Shown here piece after piece: positions 28,869 to 38,810 of a stretch of 54,624 bases of DNA. Each line of letters starts with the position of its first letter. The stretch's first letter is position 1. Made by a program: the position numbers and the translations under genes. Source of the DNA: an uncultured virus (IMG/VR IMGVR_UViG_3300007633_000001) (Duplodnaviria > Heunggongvirae > Uroviricota > Caudoviricetes); the IMG/VR virus record IMGVR_UViG_3300007633_000001; one strand, 5' to 3'. The notes under the pieces were generated by a model, which ran no database searches, was not told the DNA's origin, and saw only the letters and a list, made by a program, of their open reading frames with translations.

Positions 28869-30545
28869 ATGCTAAATTATAGAAGAGATATAGGATTGGT
28901 TACACTGGATGATGATGATACAGGAGTAAGAGTAGGAACATTACTTCAAAGTGATAAGCCACAAAGAGGAGCCAGAAATGCTTATGCAATGGCTAGATTT
29001 AGTAGGAAACCTTTAGATATATCTTTAGTATCTATACTAGAAGAACTAGAGAGTAAAGACTCTAAAACTAGAATAGAGAATATTGTACATAATTATGGTC
29101 ATTCCAGCGTTGCTGATCTAGCAGCAGGTCAGTTTGTATTCATTGAGAATATTTCAGTATTGGATACTTTAAGGTTTCACTATCACAATTACTTTTATGC
29201 CTCCCAAGAAAGTAGTACTAGATACATCACTATAAATACAGATAGATTAGACCAAGTTAGAGATAGTATAAAAATACCTAAAGCTTTATCAATAGATAAA
29301 AATAAAGAACCAGAAAAGGATTACATAAATATTTGTACAGATTACTTCAAGAACTATAATGGTTTCATTGATAGATTTAAAGAAGTATTAGCTGAGTATT
29401 ATGAAGTAGAACATTCTTCTAAAACATTACATTCTAGAGCTCTTGATTGTGCTAGATATTTCTTACCTTTAGCTACTAAAGTAGGATTAGGAGTAACTAT
29501 GAGTGCTAGAAAATGGAGTGGGGAATTGAAAAGATTGTTGAGATCTCCTTACAAAGATGACAACAGTATATACAAGTTATTAAATCAGCTATTAGTTCAA
29601 GGAGATGAATATGTTAAAGAATACATACCTGAAGCTGATTCTTTATTAAGACATATAGATGGCTCTTCAAACATATTTGATTTAGTCAATCTTTCCAATA
29701 ACATACTAGACGGCTATGTTGATGTTATAGAATTATATCCATCAAATATAAAGCCCATACTTGATAATAATAAGGTTCATATAGGCAGCATAAAGTTAAT
29801 TAATAAATTAAAGGCATTGAATAATCCTTATTCATATATTGATGAGGAATTAAACTTAGAAAGTCAACATATCAAGAGTTTAGCTAGTTTTATAAATAGT
29901 AACTTTAATAGATATGAGGAATTGCCGAGAAGTTTATTTTCTTCTTCTGATATAACAGTATCAGGATATACGGATATAGGTAGTTTTAAAGATTTAAATA
30001 GACATAGATCAGCCTTTAGATTTTGTCCTGTACTAGAAAATTATTCTTTGTTATATTATGACCTCTTACATAATTATGATTTAAAAAGCTTTATAACTAT
30101 TCCTCCTTATATAAATCATATTTTAGAAGATGAATCTGTTAGTAAAGAGTTAAGAAATAAGGTTAATATTCTTAAAGAAGATTATTTAAATAGTATGGGC
30201 TTTATAATAGCCAAAGCACTTAATCTGTTTTATAGATTAATAGCTGATACTGATATAGATTTACAAGAATGTTCTTATATAATAAGTCACTTATTACCTC
30301 ACGGGTTTATCATTCCTTATACATTTAGTCTTGATTTATCTTCATTAACGTATATTGCTGATTTAAGAACTAGGGCTGGCGCTCATATTTCATATTCACT
30401 ATTAGTCAGAGATTGGGTTGAAGCTTTATCTAAAGATAATAATTCTATAAAAGATGAAATGTCTTATCAAATTTTATTAAGTATAAAAGATTCTTTAAAC
30501 AAAGAAGATCCATTCTCTAGAGAAATGTTTGTAGGAAGGTCATAA
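28869..30545 (+). CDS. thyX: FAD-dependent thymidylate synthase, long two-domain type
   Basis: YGHSSVA, QESSTRY and ARYFLP in domain 1; KDLNRHRS and LRTRAGAHISY in domain 2. Confidence 0.85.
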   Translation: MLNYRRDIGLVTLDDDDTGVRVGTLLQSDKPQRGARNAYAMARFSRKPLDISLVSILEELESKDSKTRIENIVHNYGHSSVADLAAGQFVFIENISVLDTLRFHYHNYFYASQESSTRYITINTDRLDQVRDSIKIPKALSIDKNKEPEKDYINICTDYFKNYNGFIDRFKEVLAEYYEVEHSSKTLHSRALDCARYFLPLATKVGLGVTMSARKWSGELKRLLRSPYKDDNSIYKLLNQLLVQGDEYVKEYIPEADSLLRHIDGSSNIFDLVNLSNNILDGYVDVIELYPSNIKPILDNNKVHIGSIKLINKLKALNNPYSYIDEELNLESQHIKSLASFINSNFNRYEELPRSLFSSSDITVSGYTDIGSFKDLNRHRSAFRFCPVLENYSLLYYDLLHNYDLKSFITIPPYINHILEDESVSKELRNKVNILKEDYLNSMGFIIAKALNLFYRLIADTDIDLQECSYIISHLLPHGFIIPYTFSLDLSSLTYIADLRTRAGAHISYSLLVRDWVEALSKDNNSIKDEMSYQILLSIKDSLNKEDPFSREMFVGRS

Positions 30546-30575
30546 TCCACTAAACCTTTAATTTTTACTAACTGA

Positions 30576-31529
30576 ATGAAAGTAATGAAATATTTAATTA
30601 CTCGTAGTCTTTTTTATTTACCAATAATTTCTACCGTACTTTTTATCACCGGTTGTGACTTGAATAGTTCTAATGAAGTTATAATTGAGTCTATTGTTTC
30701 AAATGAGGAATCAATTAGCAATGGTAGTGACAGGGAAAAATCCCAAAGAGAAATAGTAGAAATACAGTCTGATAAAAGGTATTTAATGACCGAGAATGTG
30801 TACGGTGAAGTCTATGTGATTGATGAGAATGGAAATGAACAACCAGTAGAACAAGGTGAAAGAATCACTGATTTAAATCAAACTATTGTTACAAAATCTG
30901 ATTCTAGTGCTTCGTTTACTGTTCAAGACTTCGACGTTGCTTATATATTAGTTGGACCTAACACCCGATTTAATATAAAGGAAGCTGTGGTTACAGAAGG
31001 AGGAGGTAGGTCTACTGAAGTAAATTTACAATCTGGCCAAGTGAGAGTTATAGCTAGACCTTTCAATAACGAAGAGAGTGAAGTAACATTAAATACCCCA
31101 TTTCTATCAGCAATAGTCAGAGGTACTGAATTTGGGGTTTCAGCAGGTAATGAAGAATCAGCTGTGGCAGTCGTTGAAGGTACAGTAGGAATTAGTTTAT
31201 CTGAGGGAAGTGAAAATCCATTAGATATTAGTGGAGGAGATTTAGTTTATGTAAATCCTGACCTTTCCAATGAGATTATACAAATTAAGTTAGATAGTGA
31301 TCCTACAATTAATTATGATTCAACTAGATTAGAAAACGGGGATGTTCAGATAGAAGGAATTACTGAAATTTACAATCTAGTTTATATCAATGGAACAGAG
31401 ATAACAAAAGAGGAAGGAACTTTTACATATACTATACCTGCTGCTGAGGTTAGTGAGGCGATTATAGAAATTGTCACACCATTAGGTGTAGAGATATCGA
31501 CTACTGTAGCCAGTCAAACTACCTTTTAG
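30576..31529 (+). CDS. FecR-domain lipoprotein with C-terminal Ig-like domain
   Basis: Lipobox ITGC. FecR motifs IVTKSDSSASF, VGPNT, LQSGQV, TP..SAIVRGTEFGV and AVVEGTV. Confidence 0.85.
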   Translation: MKVMKYLITRSLFYLPIISTVLFITGCDLNSSNEVIIESIVSNEESISNGSDREKSQREIVEIQSDKRYLMTENVYGEVYVIDENGNEQPVEQGERITDLNQTIVTKSDSSASFTVQDFDVAYILVGPNTRFNIKEAVVTEGGGRSTEVNLQSGQVRVIARPFNNEESEVTLNTPFLSAIVRGTEFGVSAGNEESAVAVVEGTVGISLSEGSENPLDISGGDLVYVNPDLSNEIIQIKLDSDPTINYDSTRLENGDVQIEGITEIYNLVYINGTEITKEEGTFTYTIPAAEVSEAIIEIVTPLGVEISTTVASQTTF

Positions 31530-31670
31530 CGTGGCTGATAGGATTTAGTTAGTTACTACTATAGAACAATCAAATTAATACTTTATTAATTTGCTATAAA
31601 ATCATTATATTAATGAAATACATTATTTTATAGTAGTAACAAAACTCGTATATATATATATATACCCAAT

Positions 31671-32561
31671 ATGTATTTTAAAAATAGAGGGATATTATTA
31701 TCTTTATCTTTATTAACTTTAAGTAGTTGTGATGTAAACTCAGGGGTCAATAGTAATAATAATTCTAATTCTCAAAGTTTCTCTGTTCACAATTTAAATC
31801 GTACAATTATCTATGAGAGAGATATTAAAGAAACAGGAGTTACAGTAGGAAATAGAATTTTATATAAATCACTACCCGACAATAATGTAGAAGAAGTGCC
31901 AGCAGAGGTAGGAGAGACCAATAATCAGATAGTTAGAGATGACAGTATAGATTTTATAAATAGAGCATATAATGCATCTCAATGGTTAGAAACTCAAAGC
32001 TCAATAACAAGTATAGGAGCAACAATATCTAATCAATCATCCAGTGCTTTAAGTAAAGCAACACCTTTGACTCTAAGAAGAGACGAGGGTAATGATTTAT
32101 TTATTGATACTGGTTTTCTAGAAGTTGATAGATCTGAACAATATGTAGCGATTAGTACTCAACCTAATGGAAGAGTTTCTGTTGTTGCTTATAGAGATGC
32201 GTTTAATGTAGAGCTAGAAGAAGGTAGAGATATTATTGTAGAACAAGGAAGATTTACTACCTTTAGTGGTCAAGCACAGGGAAATATTTTAACTAATATT
32301 CCATTCGAAGAGGGGAATCAATTAGACTACTCTATACAATCGGTAGAAGTAATTAATACATCAGATGATGAACAAAGGTTGGAAGTTGTATTATTAGTGC
32401 CTCCTTATATAAATGTTTATGTTGATGAAAATATAGCCGAAGTAGAAGAAGAGGGGATAGTAACTTTACAGGTAGACTTATCTGAAGATTCTAATATTAC
32501 ATTAATTGCTCCTAATGGAGAAGATAAATTAATAAGTATTAGTTCCTTGTTTAATGAATAG
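31671..32561 (+). CDS. Lipoprotein, probable degenerate FecR paralog
   Basis: Lipobox LSSC. IDTGFLEV, ISTQPNGRVSV, FNV and IIVEQG follow FecR strand order; the C-terminal module parallels the upstream gene. Confidence 0.55.
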   Translation: MYFKNRGILLSLSLLTLSSCDVNSGVNSNNNSNSQSFSVHNLNRTIIYERDIKETGVTVGNRILYKSLPDNNVEEVPAEVGETNNQIVRDDSIDFINRAYNASQWLETQSSITSIGATISNQSSSALSKATPLTLRRDEGNDLFIDTGFLEVDRSEQYVAISTQPNGRVSVVAYRDAFNVELEEGRDIIVEQGRFTTFSGQAQGNILTNIPFEEGNQLDYSIQSVEVINTSDDEQRLEVVLLVPPYINVYVDENIAEVEEEGIVTLQVDLSEDSNITLIAPNGEDKLISISSLFNE

Positions 32562-32691
32562 AAGTATAAGAAAAGAGTCGTAAAGTACTAAGTAGCTTTA
32601 TTACTAACTAACTTTATAGTCTATAGATTTACTAAACGTATTGGATATAGGGTGCATCTAATTTATCAATAATATTTAACAATTTAGTTCT

Positions 32692-34293
32692 GTGATACCA
32701 AGTAAGATTTTTAGATTACTATTTAGTAGTACTATTAATATAGTAATATGTATATTACTTATAATATTGTGGAGTTATTCATCAAAACAAGGTATAGATT
32801 CTTATTTTTATAATAGCTTTATAAGATACACAGCCAGACCCAATTGGAATGAGGACTTTGTAATAATAAATATTACAGATGAAGATATTGAGAAATATGG
32901 AAGGTGGCCTTGGGATAGAGATTTATTAGCAAGATTTATATATAAACTTGAAGAGCAAGAACCATCAGTTATAGCACTTGATATTCTGTTCAGTGAACCT
33001 TCGCCAAAAGATGAACAGTTAATATCAGCCTTTAATAAAACTAAAAGAGTCGTAGGGGCAGCTGCTATTTCTAGTGATAAAGAATTTATACTTCCTTTAG
33101 AAGAATTTATTAATAGTTATAAGGATATAGGTCATACAGCAGTATATACAAACGAATTAGGAACACCATTTTCAATTCCTACTGTTTTATATAATAAAGG
33201 CAATGCTTATTACTCATTAGGTACAGCAACTTATGTGTCTCATCGACTCTACAACTTTGAGCTACCAGAACAAATAAATAATCCAGAACTAATTATTAAT
33301 TGGTACAGAGGAATGCCTGATAATATGTATACCTTCTCTCAGATTTTAGAATCTGAGACACCAAATAATAAATTTACTAATAAGATAGTTTTTATATCTT
33401 TAGATGTAACTGGACTTGATAGAGTGATGACTCCTTTTGGTTATCAATCTTATGGAGGATTTGTTCATGCCACATTCATTAATAATCTTCTTAATCAAGA
33501 TAGTATTAATATTTCAACCATACCTTTTTATATACAAATAGTTTCAGTATTCTTCGTTTCATCTTTAATTTCATCATTTAATATAAAGTTAAAACTATCC
33601 TTTGGGATAATAATTTATATAGTAATTTCAGCTATATTTATATCAATAACTTATTACAGCTTATTAATATATAATACTTGGTTTTCATTAATACCAGCGG
33701 TATCGGCTTTAGTAGGACAATTTATTTCATCTTCATTAATAATAAGATTTAACATTAAAAATAGAATTTCAGCGTTGATGAAAGCTGCTTATATTGACAA
33801 GCTAACAGGCATCCCTAATAGAAGAAGGTTTGATGAAGAGTTATTGGAAAGGTGGGATAAAGCGGTAATACATGATATCTCAATAGCAATTATCCTTATA
33901 GATATAGATAATTTCAAGAAGTACAATGATACATACGGACATCAAATGGGTGATGTTTGTTTAACAAAAGTAGCTCAGACTATTAACAAAGAGACAAGAC
34001 AATACGATTTATGTGCACGATATGGCGGGGAAGAATTTGTGATTTTATGTAGTACGTCAAACTTAAACATAATGTGCAGTAGAATAAATAAAGCTGTAGA
34101 GAATTTAAGTATACCTCATGAAAAGAATGTAAAAGGGGTAGTTACCATTAGTATGGGTGCTATACTATGTAATCCTCACAAACAGTCGTGTACTCCAAAG
34201 AGTATTATAGAATTAGCTGATAAAGGTCTTTACGAATCCAAAGAGAAAGGTAGAAATACTTATACAATAATAAAATTTAATAAAGAAAGCTAA
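32692..34293 (+). CDS. CHASE2-3TM-GGDEF diguanylate cyclase
   Basis: CHASE2 motifs ITDEDI..GRWPWDR and IALDILFSEP, then three TM helices. GGDEF domain: DKLTGIPNRR, DIDNFKKYNDTYGH, I-site RQYD, active-site GGEEF and ADKGLYESKEKGRN. Confidence 0.95.
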   Translation: MIPSKIFRLLFSSTINIVICILLIILWSYSSKQGIDSYFYNSFIRYTARPNWNEDFVIINITDEDIEKYGRWPWDRDLLARFIYKLEEQEPSVIALDILFSEPSPKDEQLISAFNKTKRVVGAAAISSDKEFILPLEEFINSYKDIGHTAVYTNELGTPFSIPTVLYNKGNAYYSLGTATYVSHRLYNFELPEQINNPELIINWYRGMPDNMYTFSQILESETPNNKFTNKIVFISLDVTGLDRVMTPFGYQSYGGFVHATFINNLLNQDSINISTIPFYIQIVSVFFVSSLISSFNIKLKLSFGIIIYIVISAIFISITYYSLLIYNTWFSLIPAVSALVGQFISSSLIIRFNIKNRISALMKAAYIDKLTGIPNRRRFDEELLERWDKAVIHDISIAIILIDIDNFKKYNDTYGHQMGDVCLTKVAQTINKETRQYDLCARYGGEEFVILCSTSNLNIMCSRINKAVENLSIPHEKNVKGVVTISMGAILCNPHKQSCTPKSIIELADKGLYESKEKGRNTYTIIKFNKES

Positions 34294-34297
34294 AAGT

Positions 34298-34333
34298 ATA
34301 AATAGACCTTATAAGTATATAAGATCTATTTAT
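34298..34333. terminator. Hairpin between convergent genes (putative bidirectional terminator)
   Basis: ataaatagaccttata pairs with tataagatctatttat (1 mismatch). Confidence 0.6.
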
Positions 34334-34378
34334 TGTAGGGAACAAAAGGTAGATTTAGTAAAGATTAGGATTAGTAGA

Positions 34379-34609
34379 TTAGTTAAGAGATTTACTTAAA
34401 TAATGTCCACATTTAGTACACATAAGATTGACATAAGTCCTACCACTTACAGTATAAGTAGCACTACTATTCATTGGAGATGAGCATTTAGGACAAATGT
34501 TACTATCAACATTTGCTCCTAAACTTTGGGATGGTAATTGAATATTTTGAACACTAACAGGAGGTCTCCAAGTAGGAGCTGATGAACGGCTTCTTCCACA
34601 ACAAGGCAT
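34379..34609 (-). CDS. Small zinc-ribbon protein
   Basis: MPCCGR start; CPKC...CTKC. Confidence 0.7.
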   Translation of the reverse strand: MPCCGRSRSSAPTWRPPVSVQNIQLPSQSLGANVDSNICPKCSSPMNSSATYTVSGRTYVNLMCTKCGHYLSKSLN

Positions 34610-34702
34610 AGTTTTATATTAGGTAGAAAAGTTTATTGTCTATTAGGTTTATAGTATATTATAGATGATTAATTGTGTTAATTAGTAATCATCTGTAAAT
34701 GT

Positions 34703-35206
34703 ATGACTAACAATATTAAAGATAAGAAAGATAGATTTGATTTTTATAAACAATTATTTTTTAGTTATGAACTTCACCATACTAAAGATACAGATGTTAA
34801 ACTTAATTTCATCAATTCTATATTGAATAAAAGTAATAAAGATTTTGATATAAATAGAGTTAATAAAAGACATTTAGAATTAATTAAAGACTATACCTTA
34901 TACCCATTTATCTTTTTATGGTCTACTTTATCAAGCATTAAAGGTAGTCCTTCTTTATTAATACAATATTACCTATATGAATTAGGTTATGAGAGATATC
35001 AAGAACTTATTGAAGCAGTTATTTACGAAGATATAACTTATCTTAAATCAGATTGTTTTAGGGATTATCTTATCTACGATAATAAAGGGGGACGTTGGGT
35101 ATTTGAAAAGAATGAAGATTTAATAAGTTTATATTTAAATAATCGATCTTTATCAAACTTTCTTTTAGAGAATAGATTTAATTTCTTATCTTTATCAACA
35201 TTGTAG
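34703..35206 (+). CDS. Hypothetical protein
   Basis: 167-aa ORF. Confidence 0.55.
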   Translation: MTNNIKDKKDRFDFYKQLFFSYELHHTKDTDVKLNFINSILNKSNKDFDINRVNKRHLELIKDYTLYPFIFLWSTLSSIKGSPSLLIQYYLYELGYERYQELIEAVIYEDITYLKSDCFRDYLIYDNKGGRWVFEKNEDLISLYLNNRSLSNFLLENRFNFLSLSTL

Positions 35207-35644
35207 TTTTAGAGTATAACCAGTTATTTGGGCCATAGAACCTTTTCTAACACACATTGAATCATCATTTACAATCCAATCGAATTCAAGGTCAACAGGA
35301 GTTCCAGCACTCCTTTTTTGTAAGGCTTCATTTACTGTACTTTCAGCAACTATTTTACCTCTTATTACTGGTAATAAATCTCTATTAAGAAATTCAAAGG
35401 TATCCATCCTACCCGCATTAATAGCCCTAGAAGAAGTTATAGAGTTTAAGACAGCCATATTATTTTTATTATCTATAGAGAAAGCAGGAGTAGATAGATT
35501 CATCTTAAATAGAATAGTTCCTGATTCAGCTCCGCCAGAAGAATATATCACTAAAGAAGGATAGGCACATGAACTACCTTCTTCAATAAGATTAATAATA
35601 CACTCTAACATTTTGATATGAGCATCCTTTGAAAGTGTTGGCAT
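35195..35644 (-). CDS. Putative virion structural (beta-rich) protein
   Basis: LVIYSSG...LSTPAF...AINAG..TF...G...ITGYTL pattern, seen in small phage tail-associated proteins. Confidence 0.45.
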   Translation of the reverse strand: MPTLSKDAHIKMLECIINLIEEGSSCAYPSLVIYSSGGAESGTILFKMNLSTPAFSIDNKNNMAVLNSITSSRAINAGRMDTFEFLNRDLLPVIRGKIVAESTVNEALQKRSAGTPVDLEFDWIVNDDSMCVRKGSMAQITGYTLKLQC

Positions 35645-35702
35645 AGTTCTTACTAATTGCTTTATATATTTAGTTCTAATATTATATAAAAGCCTTAAGT
35701 AT

Positions 35703-36719
35703 GTGATAAGTAAGTATCTTTTATTTAACCTAAATGAATTGTGCTTATTTAGCTTATACTCAACACTTACTTTTATTAAAAAAATAATGGATTGTTATAA
35801 AGAGTTAAAAGATAATGGCTGTAAACTCCAACACTGTATTGAACTAATAGTATATGATAAGATTGACATTTGTACTATTGGTGGAGAAATAAGTCTTAAC
35901 GTTGATTTAGGGGCTTATGTAGATTCTATTACTTTACTAGAAGCTGATCAATCTATTTGCTTTAAGTACTTAAACTGTATGGAGGGGTATGTCTATGATG
36001 ATATAAGTTTTAATATAGAGGATTCTTTATGTTTAGTAGTTAAGGTAAATGGTTCTATTACTTTAGGTAATGAAGTAATACCTCCTTGTAAGTCTTATTA
36101 TAAGCAAATTAGTAATTCATTAGAAATGAAATTAAGAAAGTTATTAGATACGCCCAGCGAACTAGAATTATCTTCTATAGACTTACTTCTATCAAACTCT
36201 TCAGAATTCATACCTGAAATTCCACAACCCATACCCTTTAACACAGGTACTAGAGGAAATATTAATAATCAACATAGAATTAAAATAAGAGTATTAAAGT
36301 CAACAACTTTATGTAAAGGAACCACTGAGGAACGTCGAATCTGGTTAGTAGCTGTAGTTGAATTTGATAATGTTCCTACTTTGTTATTATTTAATCATCT
36401 ATATAGTAGTACTCAATTTGTGCCTTATAGGTATAAACTTGATAAATCTATTTATATACAAATGGTGAAATACATACATTCTTTATTTGTGTATGAAGAA
36501 GAGGATATAGATAACTGTATGCCTTATCCTATTTATAATAAAGAGCTGAATGTTTTATCAGGTAAGATGACATATCCACAAAGGTCAATAGATCCATGTG
36601 AACCTAATGAGACTATAGGGTTATTAGAATGTACAGAAGTATATGAGGACGATTCTACTATTAAGGAAGTCTTGGAAGCCGACATAGATAAGTTTTTTAA
36701 AGTATATAATCTTACTTAA
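35703..36719 (+). CDS. Hypothetical Cys-rich protein (start likely at ATG near 35788)
   Basis: 338-aa ORF. Confidence 0.55.
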   Translation: MISKYLLFNLNELCLFSLYSTLTFIKKIMDCYKELKDNGCKLQHCIELIVYDKIDICTIGGEISLNVDLGAYVDSITLLEADQSICFKYLNCMEGYVYDDISFNIEDSLCLVVKVNGSITLGNEVIPPCKSYYKQISNSLEMKLRKLLDTPSELELSSIDLLLSNSSEFIPEIPQPIPFNTGTRGNINNQHRIKIRVLKSTTLCKGTTEERRIWLVAVVEFDNVPTLLLFNHLYSSTQFVPYRYKLDKSIYIQMVKYIHSLFVYEEEDIDNCMPYPIYNKELNVLSGKMTYPQRSIDPCEPNETIGLLECTEVYEDDSTIKEVLEADIDKFFKVYNLT

Positions 36720-36784
36720 GATAAAGACAAGGATAAGAGAGGAGGAAGTGGATAGAAAGTGTTTTAAAGTTCGTATAAAAATTA

Positions 36785-37333
36785 ATGAAAAGTCTAGTAA
36801 TAAGAACACCTTATTTATATAATACAAAGCAAACTTTAGACAGGGTTCATATCGCTTATAAATTGATTTATAAACAGTCTGATGATGTAGAGATAATTTC
36901 TAGTAATCATATTGGAGATTTAATTGATGAAGAAATAACGTTATCAGTATCAAGTGATGTTGAAGGTTTAAGCGAAGAGCAGTCACTATGCAATTCTATA
37001 GAGGAAAGTAGAGATTTATTAAGACAATTATCTGATTCAAGAAGGAGAATAGTTACTATATATGATATAAATAAATCTTATTTAAAGTCTACAAAAGTAA
37101 TATCTTCATTTATAAAGTTTAGGCATATTACAGAAGCAGAGATTGAACAGTTAGTGGTTAGATATGAGTGGCCAAATAAGGTGTTTGATTTGGAAGGTAT
37201 AACTAATTTATATATAAAGAGTGTCGAGGGTAGTTTAGGGTGTATTAATGGTATATGTCTTGTTACATTAAATAAGTTATTAAACGATATAGGATTATCA
37301 ATTAATGACTTTATTATCCACCAAACCTCATAA
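36785..37333 (+). CDS. Degenerate Maf-like protein
   Basis: LLRQLSD....VT, IKFRHITEAEIEQLV, IKSVEG and INGICLVTLNKLL parallel the Maf C-terminal half. The LASxSPRR, ADT and DKAGxY motifs are lost. Confidence 0.6.
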   Translation: MKSLVIRTPYLYNTKQTLDRVHIAYKLIYKQSDDVEIISSNHIGDLIDEEITLSVSSDVEGLSEEQSLCNSIEESRDLLRQLSDSRRRIVTIYDINKSYLKSTKVISSFIKFRHITEAEIEQLVVRYEWPNKVFDLEGITNLYIKSVEGSLGCINGICLVTLNKLLNDIGLSINDFIIHQTS

Positions 37334-37678
37334 TCTCTTTTTCTTCCATATATTATTATTACTTATTTCTTTAATAGGAGGGACTAGTCTAACTATAAAT
37401 ATATTTACTTTTTTATTATCTTCTCTTTGAACCAACAAGGCTATTTTATTCTTCTGTAAAAGAGAAGATATAGTTTTATGAAGAGACTCAATCTCTTGTA
37501 GTAACTTATATTTTTCTTCTTTATTAAGAGTAAGAGTTAAAAAAGGTTTAAAGGGTGTTCTAATATATACTTCATTTTCATCTTTTGAATTAAGTAAATT
37601 AAATTTATTATCAAATAGTAGAGGCTTATTAAAAGGGGTGATAATAGTGTTTAAAAAGTTGTTAATTGAGTTTAGCAT
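37328..37678 (-). CDS. Hypothetical protein
   Basis: 116-aa ORF. Confidence 0.45.
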   Translation of the reverse strand: MLNSINNFLNTIITPFNKPLLFDNKFNLLNSKDENEVYIRTPFKPFLTLTLNKEEKYKLLQEIESLHKTISSLLQKNKIALLVQREDNKKVNIFIVRLVPPIKEISNNNIWKKKRL

Positions 37679-37852
37679 TTAAGTATTTATATATTTAGAG
37701 ATATTTTAGTATAAGAATATTTTTATTCTTACTAAAGACTTTATATTATGGCTTATTTTTTAGATTGACTAAGTTAACTAAGATAATAACAATAACAATA
37801 ATATTAAAGTGATAGTTAAGAATATTATCTTTAAAAGATATTAACAATTCTA

Positions 37853-38224
37853 ATGACTCAATTAAAAAACTTTACATTATATATAGACAAAGCCTCTGAG
37901 TTTAGAAGAACAACAATTGCTGAAGGAAGAGACTTAGTTCAAGAAGTCATAAACATATTCTTTGACAGTTATCCAGAAGTAGAAGAGATAAAGTTTAGGA
38001 TTGATCTACCTCAATGGAATACTTATAGAGATAATCCTATAATTTCTAATTGGACTTTAAAGTTAGATAATGCTATTGTTAAAATTCAAGATGACAAAGA
38101 TGGAGATTATTCATCAATTGTTGGGACATTAAATTCTATATTTAGAGAATTAGGTATAGGTTTGGTATCTAAATACGGCCAAGGAGAAGTTATTATTTGT
38201 AACAATAATCTTAAAACTCTTTAA
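37853..38224 (+). CDS. Hypothetical protein
   Basis: 123-aa ORF. Confidence 0.55.
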   Translation: MTQLKNFTLYIDKASEFRRTTIAEGRDLVQEVINIFFDSYPEVEEIKFRIDLPQWNTYRDNPIISNWTLKLDNAIVKIQDDKDGDYSSIVGTLNSIFRELGIGLVSKYGQGEVIICNNNLKTL

Positions 38225-38259
38225 TTTAAAATAAATCTTATATACAAATATAATATTAA

Positions 38260-38736
38260 ATGCCGAATCCCTGTAACACTCCTAATGAAATAGAAGAACA
38301 ACACGTAGATATAGAAGAAGACTTATGTCCACCTAAAGTATTAAAGTGTGGTGAGGAACCTTTACTTTTAGGTATAGATAATAAATGTTCAGAAGGAGAA
38401 CTTATCACTAACTTTCAGAATGTGGTAGAAGAAATGGCTAAGGTAAGAGGTATAAGGGTCACATCCAACTCTTATAAAGAAAGAGTGACGTTTAGTTTTT
38501 CAGTATCTACAAGTGTTGACATGCCTTTACCTCCTACTGCTTCTCTTGTAGAGAAACATAATATAGTCCAGTCCATAATGCTTAATTTACAGGAAGGAAT
38601 AAAGAGAGAGGTTTATAAATACAGTTTATGTGGAAATTGTGTCTGTAACATATGTGATTGGCAATATGATTCTACGGATAATCCTTGCGAACCTTGTTCT
38701 ACTTGTAATGACTGGCCTGAACCAGGATGTAATTAA
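38260..38736 (+). CDS. Hypothetical protein with Cys-rich C-terminus
   Basis: CGNCVCNIC...CEPCSTC....C. Confidence 0.6.
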   Translation: MPNPCNTPNEIEEQHVDIEEDLCPPKVLKCGEEPLLLGIDNKCSEGELITNFQNVVEEMAKVRGIRVTSNSYKERVTFSFSVSTSVDMPLPPTASLVEKHNIVQSIMLNLQEGIKREVYKYSLCGNCVCNICDWQYDSTDNPCEPCSTCNDWPEPGCN

Positions 38737-38777
38737 TTCTTAATTTTATTCATACAAATAATTTATATAAAAAGTCT

Positions 38778-38810
38778 TAGCTATAACTCTTAAAGTTATA
38801 GCTATTTTTA
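38778..38810 (+). terminator. Intrinsic terminator
   Basis: tagctataact-cttaa-agttatagcta followed by a T run. Confidence 0.65.
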
